Assembly (NCBI GenBank): GCA_037481835.1
Contig: JBBFKW010000010.1
Location: 1 to 64,000, forward strand
Length of the DNA: 64,000 bases
Origin: Desulfosoma sp.
Lineage (GTDB): Bacteria; Desulfobacterota; Syntrophobacteria; Syntrophobacterales; DSM-9756
Direction of reading: 5' to 3'
Positions 48,548-57,781 of the stretch are shown here, piece by piece. How positions within the stretch are numbered: position 1 is the stretch's first letter; each line of letters begins with the position of its first letter. A program made the position numbers and the translations under genes. The notes under the pieces are model-generated. The model searched no databases and was not told the DNA's origin. It saw only the letters and a program-made list of their open reading frames with translations.

Positions 48548-49982
48548 AAAGCCTGACCTCGCGCTCCCACACCGGGTCCAGAAGCTCCTCCAGGCGACGG
48601 TCGTAATCCATGAAACACCTCATGTAATCCGCATCCTCGGCGGCCCGGCCCGCTTCCGCGTTGATGGGCCGAGCGGCGCTCGCCTCGATGATGGCATGGG
48701 CCACAGCGTGATGATCCCGGATGGGGCACGGCAGAAACAGATTGCGCACCCGTTCGGGAGGCTGATTGTAGCCGTATTGCGCCTGCCAGCACCGAATGCC
48801 CAGGAACAGCGGAGACTTCAAGGCATCCGACAGGCTCCGGCCCTTGGCGTAGAGGTCATAGACATTGTCCGTATGGTACGGGAAGAAGACGCACGGGGCG
48901 ATGTTTCCGTGCCAATCCACATGAAGGTAGCCGCCGGCACGGCCCGCCGCGATGCACCCCAAAGAAAGCACCCCACCGTTCCAGAAGTCCACATAAAAGT
49001 AACCTCTTTTTTCAAGGATTTGAAGCTCCCGTTCCAGCATCCACAGCCTCTGCTCGGGAGTCACCAGCAGGTCGAAGGAAGCATCACGGCCGATGGGCAT
49101 GTACTGAAAGATCCAGCCGTACGCAGCCCCTTGCTCTTCAAAGTAGAAGTCGAGAAACCGGTCCGAAAGGATCCGTTCGGCATTGTGACGGGTGGCCGTC
49201 ACGGAAATCCCGAACGGAACCCCCGCTTGCCGCAGACACTTCATGGCGTGCAGGATCCTTCGATGGGTCCCCGAACCGCGCCGGGCGTCCGTGTCTTCTT
49301 CGAATCCCTCCACGGAAATGGCGGGCGTCAGATTGGCCGCCTCGGCCATGCGCTGCGCCAAGGCTTCGCCGATGAGGGTCCCGTTGGTGAACACCAGAAA
49401 ATAGTTGTCGGCGTTCTCGGCGATCATATCGAGGAGATCCCAGCCGGCGCTGCGGTAGAGAAAGGGTTCGCCTCCAGAAATGACCGTAAAATGCGATCCC
49501 CATGCGTCCGTCTTCTCCCGAAGGAGGCGTCGGAAGACGGCGGCGTCCAAAGAGGCCGCCTGGTGCGAACGGTCCCCGGCGTAACAGCCCAGGCAGCGCA
49601 GGTTGCAGTTTTCGGTGGGGCTCACCACGATGAAACTCGGCGGGTCAAACCCGTAAACGGCGGCGAAGGCCCGGATCTTTTCCGTGTCGGCCAAAACGAA
49701 TTTGTCCACGAAGGTGTCCGCCAGGCTCTTGAGCGGCCCGTCGCCGATAAAGCCGCGTTGGGCGCCGCGGGCCCCGGCGTAAAGAAGGTTTTTCATGGCC
49801 TGGAAGCGCAACCGCTGCACCTGGCGGGGCCGGCACTCGGGGTTTTCCACAACGAGGTAATCGTAAAGGGCTTTTTCCAGTTGCTTCAGGGTGGGGTTGC
49901 GCAGCAGATTGTTCTTGAGCCCGAAGGCCAAGAGGCTTCTCTTGAGCTTCTCTCGAAAACTTCCTTTGGAAGCCGTCTTCAT
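48534..49982 (-). CDS. Radical SAM protein with SPASM/twitch-like C-terminus
   Basis: CNLRCLGC, SGGEP, FTNGTL, GCIAAG...YLHVDWHGNIAPCVF, PCP. Confidence 0.92.
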   Translation of the reverse strand: MKTASKGSFREKLKRSLLAFGLKNNLLRNPTLKQLEKALYDYLVVENPECRPRQVQRLRFQAMKNLLYAGARGAQRGFIGDGPLKSLADTFVDKFVLADTEKIRAFAAVYGFDPPSFIVVSPTENCNLRCLGCYAGDRSHQAASLDAAVFRRLLREKTDAWGSHFTVISGGEPFLYRSAGWDLLDMIAENADNYFLVFTNGTLIGEALAQRMAEAANLTPAISVEGFEEDTDARRGSGTHRRILHAMKCLRQAGVPFGISVTATRHNAERILSDRFLDFYFEEQGAAYGWIFQYMPIGRDASFDLLVTPEQRLWMLERELQILEKRGYFYVDFWNGGVLSLGCIAAGRAGGYLHVDWHGNIAPCVFFPYHTDNVYDLYAKGRSLSDALKSPLFLGIRCWQAQYGYNQPPERVRNLFLPCPIRDHHAVAHAIIEASAARPINAEAGRAAEDADYMRCFMDYDRRLEELLDPVWEREVRLYEAG

Positions 49983-50054
49983 GGCAGTTCCTCCTTTCTC
50001 GTTTCAGAGGCCCTGAGGGCGTGCCCACGGCGGGACGGGAAAACCCGCGCCCAT

Positions 50055-50100
50055 GCTTCATTCTGAAACTGTTTCATCGTAAGCGTTTCACATGTGAAAC
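50055..50100. promoter_or_regulatory. Clustered GTTTCA/TGAAAC palindromic sites (putative activator binding)
   Basis: TGAAAC-T-GTTTCA (50064-50076) and GTTTCA-CATG-TGAAAC (50085-50100). Confidence 0.55.
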
Positions 50101-50286
50101 AGATCGTGCCTCTTCCCTTTCAAACGCCGGGGCGTCGGGGACCTTGGCGGCTGGAGGCTCTCTCTTTTCCGATGGGAATCGGGACGCCCCTTAAGGGAAA
50201 AACGGTTGCATCTTCCCGGCGGGGGCTCTATAAGGAATGCAAGTGAATGGGCGCTGCCACGGCCGTTTCCGCGAGGGTCCGACTCT

Positions 50287-51819
50287 ATGACGGGAAACGA
50301 AAATCTTCCCCCGCCTTCCATGCTCTCCGCTTTTTACGCCGCCGTTCCCGACGCGGTGATGTTTGTCGACCCCCAAGGAAGCATCGTCCATGCCAACCCC
50401 GCGGCATGCCGCCTCGTGGGCTACGCCCTGGAAGACCTGCAGCGTTCCCAGGTGGATTTGCTGTTTCGCCCTCAGGATGTGTCACGGCTCCTTGGGGAAG
50501 CCCCCAAACATGACAAGGGCTCGGGCGGCTGCGGCGAATACCGCCTCAGGCGCTCCGACGGGACCGTGCTGTGGGTGGAGGTGCTCGCCTTCGCCTTTCC
50601 GCCCGAGTATCAGGGCCTGATGGGCTGGGTGGTCAAGGACATCACGGCCCGCAAAGAAGTGGAAGCGGATATCGCCACCCGGACAAAGCTGGAAGCCGTT
50701 TCCACCTTGGCCGGCGGCATCGCCCACGACTGGAACAACATCTTGTCCATCATCCTGGGAAACCTGGACCTGGCCCAAACCCGGTGCCCCCCTGAAGATC
50801 CCATGGCGGCCATGTTGCAAAGCGCCCACCGGGCGGCCATGGAAGCCCGGGAGCTGGTCTTCAAGTTTTTGTGTTTCGCCCGAAGCGCCGTACAGGAAGT
50901 GACCACCGTCCATGCCGGTTCTCTCGCGGAAGAGGCCTGCCGGGCGACCTTGTCCGGAAAACCCGTCACCGGCCAGGTGGCCTTCGAAAACGGGGTTTGG
51001 AGCCTCAAAGGAGACCCCCAACTGTTGCGGACCGTTTTGGTCAACATCCTGGAAAACGCCCGAACCGCCAGCCCCGTAGGCGGCCGCATCCAGGTGAGGC
51101 TCCAAAACGTCCAGATCGGCCCCCAGGATGCCTTGTGTCGCTATGTCAAACCCGGATCCTATGTTCGTTTCGACATCCAAGACGAAGGCCCCGGCATCCC
51201 GGCGGACATTCTGGAACGCGTCTTCGATCCCTATTTTTCCACCAAGCCGCGCGGCACCCAAAAGGGCATGGGCATGGGGCTTTCGGTGGCCTGGGGCATC
51301 GTGCAGAGCCATGGCGGCCACATCGCCATCGCTTCTCCGGAACAGGGGGGCACGACGGTCACGGTCTACCTCCCGGCGGTTTCTGAATCCCGGTCACTGA
51401 AGGCGGCTCTCGCCGAAATGGAAGGGCCGCTTCGCGCCAAGATCCTGGTCATGGACGACGAGCCCATGCTGCGCCAGCTGGCCGAAGCCGTCATGGAGCA
51501 TCTGGGATACGAGTGCGAGACGGCGCGCCACGGCAAGGAAGCCGTGGCCAAGTACAAGGAGGCCATGGACAAGGGAGAACCCTTCGACATGGTGATCCTG
51601 GACCTCACGGTCAAAGGCGGCATGGGGGGCATCCCCACCATGGCCCAGCTCCTCACCATTGATCCCCACGTCAAGGCCGTGATTTACACGGGCTATTCGG
51701 CGGATCCCATTCTCGAAAATTATCGCCTTTACGGTTTTCAGGGAGCTCTTCCCAAGCCTTACGCCATCAAGGATATGGCGGACATGATCCGGCGCGTGGT
51801 TGGAAAAAGGGAACACTAA
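50287..51819 (+). CDS. Hybrid PAS histidine kinase-response regulator
   Basis: PAS, H-box GGIAHDWNN, DEGPGI, FDPYFSTK, GMGL, receiver ILVMDDE...LD. Confidence 0.93.
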   Translation: MTGNENLPPPSMLSAFYAAVPDAVMFVDPQGSIVHANPAACRLVGYALEDLQRSQVDLLFRPQDVSRLLGEAPKHDKGSGGCGEYRLRRSDGTVLWVEVLAFAFPPEYQGLMGWVVKDITARKEVEADIATRTKLEAVSTLAGGIAHDWNNILSIILGNLDLAQTRCPPEDPMAAMLQSAHRAAMEARELVFKFLCFARSAVQEVTTVHAGSLAEEACRATLSGKPVTGQVAFENGVWSLKGDPQLLRTVLVNILENARTASPVGGRIQVRLQNVQIGPQDALCRYVKPGSYVRFDIQDEGPGIPADILERVFDPYFSTKPRGTQKGMGMGLSVAWGIVQSHGGHIAIASPEQGGTTVTVYLPAVSESRSLKAALAEMEGPLRAKILVMDDEPMLRQLAEAVMEHLGYECETARHGKEAVAKYKEAMDKGEPFDMVILDLTVKGGMGGIPTMAQLLTIDPHVKAVIYTGYSADPILENYRLYGFQGALPKPYAIKDMADMIRRVVGKREH

Positions 51820-51912
51820 AAAAAGCGGGGCCTGGGGGGCTCCGGCAGGCGGCGTGTTCCCGACGGCCCCACATGGCCCCAGCCCGTGTGGGAACGATCG
51901 CTGTAGACCGCT

Positions 51913-53238
51913 TCAGACGGTGCGGCGTCCCATTTCCTGCGCGATGTCTTGAATCGCCCCTTGGATCTTGCTCAGGGCCCCCAGCCTTTCCTTGGCCCTT
52001 TCTAGATACGGCAAGGCGTCCGGGTTTTTGTGTCGTCCCAGGGCCTGGGCCGTCCAGTTGACGACGTAAGGGTTTTCGTGCTCGCTCATGCGGGCGAGGA
52101 TCCCAAAGCTCTGCTCCGTCGGGACGGCACCGAGCACCATGATAAGACCTATTTTCAGTTCATCGAAGGCCGTATTTTCAAAAAGTGCCTTTTCAATGAC
52201 CGGCACAGCCGCCTCGCCCATCTCTTCCAGGTATTTCAGGCACATCTGGGAAAAATAGGGAAAGCGGAACATGGACAGTTCCGCGAGGAGCCGCGCCGTC
52301 TCCGGGTGCCCGGAAGCGTTGAGGAGTTCCGGGACAAAGAGGCTCGCCCACGAAAAGTTGTAGCACAGGGGCAGAAGATACGGGACCGCCGCCGGTCCTT
52401 CCCCGAGGATTTCGTGCAACACGGGCGCCAGAGCCTTTCGGCGCGCCTCGATGCCTTCCTGGTCTTTTTGAGGGAACCGCTTGCGATCGTTGGCCGCTTT
52501 GAGTTTGGCGGCACGGCGCGCCGCCGGGGACGTGGCGTCTGAGGGAAATTCCTTGGCGTAGGTTCGGGCGCGCTGAGCGATCCAAAACTTCTCCAACCAC
52601 GTGCTCGGCGAATAGAAATGGACCAGCTGGGTCCGTTCCAGCCCTTCCCGTTTGTGGTAGCCGTTTTCCTGGAAGAAATCCTTTTCTTCCACCGCCACCT
52701 GGTAACGGGTGCGGGCTCGGTAAAAAGCGGCGTCGTAGTCTCCCTGGCCCAGGCACGCGGACACCACGATATCGTGCAGCCGGTCGTCTTCCGGAAATTT
52801 TTCCAAGAGCGTTTCGGCACGCGTGCGGGCCTTGGCGTAGGCCTCTTCCATCAGGGCCTGGAATCCCTTGTTGACTTCCTCCTGCAACTTTTCCCTCTGG
52901 TGCATGCGTTCCTCGAGCTTTTGCAGCTCGTCTTTGGGCAGGGCCTTACGGGCTTCTTCGTGGTGGGCCATGCAGCACTTCTTGTATTTTTTTCCCGACC
53001 CACACGGGCAGGGATCGTTTCGGCCCACTTTGCGCACGATCAGCTCATCGGCCAAGGCCATTTGGCGGCGGGACATCTTGTAGTCCTCGATGAGCTTGTC
53101 CAGATCCTGTTCCCGTAGGCCGTAACGGGCGCAGACCGTTTCCCGGCTCACGCCTTGAAAAACGTCATAGACGGGCTGCCACGGGTTAGGCGGCGGGGTC
53201 AGGGGTTTTTGGGGCGCGGATGAGGGCGTATGGGTCAT
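51913..53238 (-). CDS. SEC-C motif protein with helical (TPR/HEAT-like) repeats
   Basis: [19 protein letters not shown]-terminal HEAT-like segments. Confidence 0.85.
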   Translation of the reverse strand: MTHTPSSAPQKPLTPPPNPWQPVYDVFQGVSRETVCARYGLREQDLDKLIEDYKMSRRQMALADELIVRKVGRNDPCPCGSGKKYKKCCMAHHEEARKALPKDELQKLEERMHQREKLQEEVNKGFQALMEEAYAKARTRAETLLEKFPEDDRLHDIVVSACLGQGDYDAAFYRARTRYQVAVEEKDFFQENGYHKREGLERTQLVHFYSPSTWLEKFWIAQRARTYAKEFPSDATSPAARRAAKLKAANDRKRFPQKDQEGIEARRKALAPVLHEILGEGPAAVPYLLPLCYNFSWASLFVPELLNASGHPETARLLAELSMFRFPYFSQMCLKYLEEMGEAAVPVIEKALFENTAFDELKIGLIMVLGAVPTEQSFGILARMSEHENPYVVNWTAQALGRHKNPDALPYLERAKERLGALSKIQGAIQDIAQEMGRRTV

Positions 53239-53307
53239 ACAAAGGGTCCTTTCACGAAACGACGGTCAACGGAAAATTCCTTCGGGGCCGAAAGCACGGC
53301 ATCTCTA

Positions 53308-53865
53308 TCATCCTGAAACGGTTCTGTCAAAATCGGCCTGGGCGGTATAGAGGTTCACGAGGCGCGCGGCAAGTTCTTCGGGCGACGCGGTGTCGGCGTC
53401 CAATACAACGCGCGCCGACGCTTCATACCATGGGCTCCTTCGAGCAAGCACTTCGGCCGCTTCGGCGACGACATCCCCCCCGGTCAAGGACGGCCTCGAG
53501 GGGGCGGTTTTTTCGTCGGAGGCCAGGCGCCGGCACAGGATTTCCGGGGCGCAGCGGACCCACGCGGTGAAAAAGGATTGCTGGAGCACCCTTCGGTTTT
53601 CTTCCCGTTCCACGACGCCGCCTCCCGTGGCCACGACGATTTTGTCGTCTCGGGACAGGTCGGCCAACAGGCGGGCTTCCCTGTCACGGAAGCTTTCCCA
53701 GCCGAACCGGTCGACCCACGCCGCGATGGAAAGCCCCAAGGACGCCGAAAGGACCTCGTCCATGTCCACGAAGCGCCATCCCAAGGCACGGGCGACGAGC
53801 GGCCCGAGGGTGCTTTTCCCCGAAGCGCGAAACCCGATCACGGCGATTCGTCTTGGCACAGGCAC
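53308..53865 (-). CDS. aroK: Shikimate kinase
   Basis: GFRASGKSTLG, FVDMD, FRDRE, ATGGG, RPSL. Confidence 0.9.
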   Translation of the reverse strand: MPVPRRIAVIGFRASGKSTLGPLVARALGWRFVDMDEVLSASLGLSIAAWVDRFGWESFRDREARLLADLSRDDKIVVATGGGVVEREENRRVLQQSFFTAWVRCAPEILCRRLASDEKTAPSRPSLTGGDVVAEAAEVLARRSPWYEASARVVLDADTASPEELAARLVNLYTAQADFDRTVSG

Positions 53866-54042
53866 AATCCGCTCCTGCGAATAGAAATTCCTCTCCCCGG
53901 CCTCATACGATGTTTTTCGGGCTTAGACAAGCTTTCCCGGAGGCTTCGTCGTCCACAAAACATTAGGCGGACCGGGCGGCGCCGGGGTAATCTCGGACGG
54001 CGGAAAAAAGGCATGCGACGGATGAAGGAAAGGAGCCCGCTT

Positions 54043-54528
54043 ATGATGAAAAAAGTTTTGGTCCTCCACGGGGTCAATCTCAACATGTTCGGCCGGCGCG
54101 ACGCCCGCCACTATGGGACCTGGACGCTGGCGGACATCGACCGGGAACTGGCCGCCCTGGGTCGGGATTTGGGCGTTTACGTCGAAACCTTCCAAACCAA
54201 TAGGGAAGGCGACATGGTGGAACGCATCCACAGGGCGCTGGACGACGGCACGCAGGCCGTCGTCATCAATGCGGGAGCCTGGACCCATTACAGCTACGCC
54301 CTGAGAGACGCCCTGGAAATGCTTCCCCTGCCGGTGGTGGAAGTCCACATGTCCCATATTGACGCCCGCGACGCGTTTCGGCGCCGCTCGGTCTTGGCCC
54401 CCGTGGTCGCCGGCCGGATCTCGGGCTTCGGCATCCACAGCTACCTTCTAGGCCTTCGGGCGGCCGTCGCCCTCATGGACGCCGCCACCCCGCCCACGGC
54501 CCAAAAACCCGCCGAAGATTCACACTGA
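54043..54528 (+). CDS. aroQ: Type II 3-dehydroquinate dehydratase
   Basis: LHGVNLNMFG.R..HYG, INAGAWTHYSYALRDA, EVHMS. Confidence 0.93.
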   Translation: MMKKVLVLHGVNLNMFGRRDARHYGTWTLADIDRELAALGRDLGVYVETFQTNREGDMVERIHRALDDGTQAVVINAGAWTHYSYALRDALEMLPLPVVEVHMSHIDARDAFRRRSVLAPVVAGRISGFGIHSYLLGLRAAVALMDAATPPTAQKPAEDSH

Positions 54529-54618
54529 CTCCTTCGGGCCGAAAGAGGGTCGCACGAACCAACAACGCCTTAAGCATTGGTATTGACATCTTCACACCCA
54601 GCACAAAGGCTAAAATCC

Positions 54619-55794
54619 GTGAGCGAAAAGGGCAATGGGGCGGCTTTCCGGTTTGTGATGGTTTTGGGGGTGGTGAGCCTCTTGGCGGACATGACCTACG
54701 AGGCGGCTCGGAGCATCACCGGGCCGTACCTTGGGATCCTCGGCGCAAGCGCTTCCGTCGTGGGGGTGGTGGCCGGCATGGGGGAACTCATCGGCTACGG
54801 CATGCGCCTCGTCTCCGGCATCGTGAGCGACCGCACGCAGCGCTACTGGGCCGTCACCATGACGGGCTACGCCGTGAATCTTCTCGCCGTTCCGGCCTTG
54901 GCCTTGGCGGGCCGGTGGGAAGTCGCCGCAGTGCTCATCATGGCCGAACGTCTCGGAAAAGCCATCCGCACACCGGCTCGAGACGCCCTGCTTTCTCATG
55001 CCGCCCACAGTGTGGGTCGGGGATGGGCATTCGGCCTTCACGAAGCCATGGATCAAATCGGCGCCATGACGGGCCCGATGATCGTCGCCGCCGTCCTCGC
55101 CTGGAAGGGTCGTTACGAATACGGGTTTGCCGTGCTCGCCGTTCCTGCGGTGTTGGCGTTGGGGGCTCTGGCTTTGGCACGCTCTTTTTACCCTGTGCCC
55201 CGAGACCTCGAGCCTTCCTTCCCCATGGGCAACGCACGCGGCCTTCAGGGAACGTTCCGGCTCTACCTTGCGGCCGTGGCCTTCGTCGCCCTGGGGTTTG
55301 CGGACTATCCCCTGGCGGCCCTCCACATGAAGACCGCGGGCGTCCTTCCCGACACGTGGATCCCTCTGATCTACGCCGGCGCCATGGGCGTGGACGCTGT
55401 GGCCGCCCTCGTTTTCGGGAGGCTTTATGACAAGAAAGGGTTTTCCGTCCTTCCGGCCATGATCGCAGTGTCTGCGTGGAGCGCTCCCCTGGTCTTCTTG
55501 GCCGGCCGGGGGGCGCTCGTTGTGGGCATGGTTTTGTGGGGCGTGGGCATGGGCGCTCAGGAATCCATCATTCGCGCGGTGGTCGCGGACATTGTGCCAC
55601 GTAACCGGCGGGCCACAGGATATGGGATATTCAATACGGGCTTCGGGATCGCCTGGTTTGCCGGCAGCGCCCTCATGGGATTCCTCTACGACCGATCTTT
55701 ACTCGCTCTGGCCGTCTTTTCCACGGCGTCCCAGTTGGGGGCCCTGCCCCTCCTCATGGCGGTTGGAAAGCGCCTTCGTTCCCCTGCGCCTTGA
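54619..55794 (+). CDS. MFS transporter
   Basis: VSLLADMTYE, SGIVSDR, GKAIRTPARDAL, GRLYDK; ~12 TM helices. Confidence 0.9.
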   Translation: MSEKGNGAAFRFVMVLGVVSLLADMTYEAARSITGPYLGILGASASVVGVVAGMGELIGYGMRLVSGIVSDRTQRYWAVTMTGYAVNLLAVPALALAGRWEVAAVLIMAERLGKAIRTPARDALLSHAAHSVGRGWAFGLHEAMDQIGAMTGPMIVAAVLAWKGRYEYGFAVLAVPAVLALGALALARSFYPVPRDLEPSFPMGNARGLQGTFRLYLAAVAFVALGFADYPLAALHMKTAGVLPDTWIPLIYAGAMGVDAVAALVFGRLYDKKGFSVLPAMIAVSAWSAPLVFLAGRGALVVGMVLWGVGMGAQESIIRAVVADIVPRNRRATGYGIFNTGFGIAWFAGSALMGFLYDRSLLALAVFSTASQLGALPLLMAVGKRLRSPAP

Positions 55795-55884
55795 CGAGGA
55801 CTCTTCTGTTCGGCTAGGAAAGGTTCCGAAGAAAACAACGGAAAAAGCCTCCTTTCCGACCCTGGCCTCGCTTAAGGACCGCGC

Positions 55885-56622
55885 GTGCGACGGGACGCCC
55901 TTTCCCCCGATAATCCCCTACTGCGGCCCCTGCCCTCCTGGGGGGCGTCTGTTCTGTGCGCTTTGCATCAAACCTGTCGTTTCCGCGTTCTCGGCCATCC
56001 CCACCTTCAGGCGGTCCTGGACGGGCCGCGCCCCGGCCTCTTGGCCATTTGGCATTTCGCCTTTCCATCGGTAATCTCTTATTTCCGGCATCTCAACGCT
56101 GTGATCATGGTCAGCCGGTCCCGGGACGGGGAGTGGGCTGCTCGGCTGGTGCACGCCTTAGGCTTTCAAACCGTTCGAGGATCGTCCCATCGAGGGGGGG
56201 CCGAGGCCTTGCGGGCCATGTTTCGCCTCGTCCGAAAAGGCTACCCGGCGGGGCTCGTCGCCGACGGATCCCAGGGGCCCGCACTGGTCGCTCAGAAAGG
56301 CATCGTGTGGCTCGCCGCGGCCGCTCAATTGCCCCTGGTCCCGCTCAGCCTGGCCGCCGACCGCGCGTGGCGCCTGCCCAGCTGGGACCGAACCCTTATT
56401 CCCAAGCCCTTTTCCCGAATCATCTTCGCCGCCGGAGAGCCGATTCATGTGCCTCGCCCGTGCGCCGAAGACGATTTGGAACTTCATCGCGGCGTTCTGG
56501 AAACCCGCCTGAACGCGTTGACGGAGCTCGCCCGGAAAAGCCTGGCACAGCCCGCATCGGCGCATGGCTGGATCCGGGGCGGAGGATGGGTGGAAACTTT
56601 TCGAGGCGCCAAAACCAGGTGA
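55885..56622 (+). CDS. DUF374 lysophospholipid acyltransferase family protein (start uncertain)
   Basis: AIWH, SRSRDGE, VRGSS.RGG, DGSQGP, SWDR..PKPFS. Confidence 0.85.
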   Translation: MRRDALSPDNPLLRPLPSWGASVLCALHQTCRFRVLGHPHLQAVLDGPRPGLLAIWHFAFPSVISYFRHLNAVIMVSRSRDGEWAARLVHALGFQTVRGSSHRGGAEALRAMFRLVRKGYPAGLVADGSQGPALVAQKGIVWLAAAAQLPLVPLSLAADRAWRLPSWDRTLIPKPFSRIIFAAGEPIHVPRPCAEDDLELHRGVLETRLNALTELARKSLAQPASAHGWIRGGGWVETFRGAKTR

Positions 56623-56650
56623 GGCCGACCTCAGGGAGAAAGGAGACCCC

Positions 56651-57646
56651 ATGATTCGAAGCGCCGTCGTCGGCATCGGCAGTTATGTTCCCCCCAAAGT
56701 CGTCACCAACGACGATCTCTCCCGGCTGATGACCACAAGCGACGAATGGATCCAGACCCGAACGGGCATCCGAGAACGCCGCTTCGCCGAAGAAGGGGTG
56801 AAATGCTCGGACCTGGCTCTGGAAGCCTGCCGGAAAGCCCTTTCGGATGCAGGCATGACGGCCGAGGACCTGGACTTTCTCATCTTCGCCACCCTCAGCC
56901 CCGACCATCATTTTCCCGGAACCGGCTGCTACCTCCAACCCAAGCTGGGCACGGGACCCATTGGATGCCTGGACGTGCGCAACCAATGCACAGGCTTCCT
57001 CTATTCGCTCACGGTTGCCGACGCCTTGATCCGTGCCGGCGTTTACAGGAACATCCTCGTGGTCGGTGCCGAAGTGCACAGCAGCGCTCTGGATTTTTCC
57101 GACCGGGGCCGTGACGTGGCCGTCTTGTTCGGGGACGGAGCCGCCGCCGTGGTTTTGAGCCCTTCGGCCGATCCCGATCGCGGCGTGCTCTACACAGAAC
57201 TCCACGCCGACGGCCGGTTCGCCAGGGCCCTGTGTCTGGACATCTGGGATATTTCGAGAAAGCCTTACCTTACGCCGGAGACGGCGGCAACCCAGGACAT
57301 CTGGCCCCAAATGGACGGCAAGACGGTGTTCAAACACGCCGTCACCCGGTTGAGTGAGGCGATCCAGCACACGCTGGCCGTGAATGGGGTTTCGGCCGAG
57401 GACATTAAATACGTCATTCCCCATCAGGCCAACATGCGCATCAACCAGATGGTGGCTCAGAAGTTGGGGTTTCCCGAAGAAAAATTTCTCCACAACATGC
57501 AGCGCTACGGCAACACCACGGCAGCCAGCATCCCTTTGTTGCTGGACGAGGCGCACCGCACCGGCATGATCCAAAAAGGGGACCTTGTGCTCCTGGCGGC
57601 CTTCGGGTCGGGATTTACGTGGGGCACGGCCTTGATGCGATGGTAA
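56651..57646 (+). CDS. fabH: Beta-ketoacyl-ACP synthase III
   Basis: TSDEWIQTRTGIRERR, NQCTGF (Cys), LFGDGA, PHQAN, YGNTTAASIP. Confidence 0.93.
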   Translation: MIRSAVVGIGSYVPPKVVTNDDLSRLMTTSDEWIQTRTGIRERRFAEEGVKCSDLALEACRKALSDAGMTAEDLDFLIFATLSPDHHFPGTGCYLQPKLGTGPIGCLDVRNQCTGFLYSLTVADALIRAGVYRNILVVGAEVHSSALDFSDRGRDVAVLFGDGAAAVVLSPSADPDRGVLYTELHADGRFARALCLDIWDISRKPYLTPETAATQDIWPQMDGKTVFKHAVTRLSEAIQHTLAVNGVSAEDIKYVIPHQANMRINQMVAQKLGFPEEKFLHNMQRYGNTTAASIPLLLDEAHRTGMIQKGDLVLLAAFGSGFTWGTALMRW

Positions 57647-57653
57647 GGCGGGG

Positions 57654-57760
57654 GTGTCGGGGAGAGCGAAGCGAACCCCGACCAACATTTAAAAAAAGCC
57701 TGGCGCGGAAATCCGAGCGTGCCTGGGGCGTTGGGGTTCGCTGCGCTCACCCCAACCTAC
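57654..57760. repeat. Inverted pair of GTAG REPs between fabH and the PPDK-like gene
   Basis: GTCGGGGAGAGCGAAGCGAACCCCGAC (~57657-57682) and GTTGGGGTTCGCTGCGCTCACCCCAACCTAC (57730-57760). Confidence 0.8.
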
Positions 57761-57781
57761 GCGTGGCCGCATGGGGCTGCG

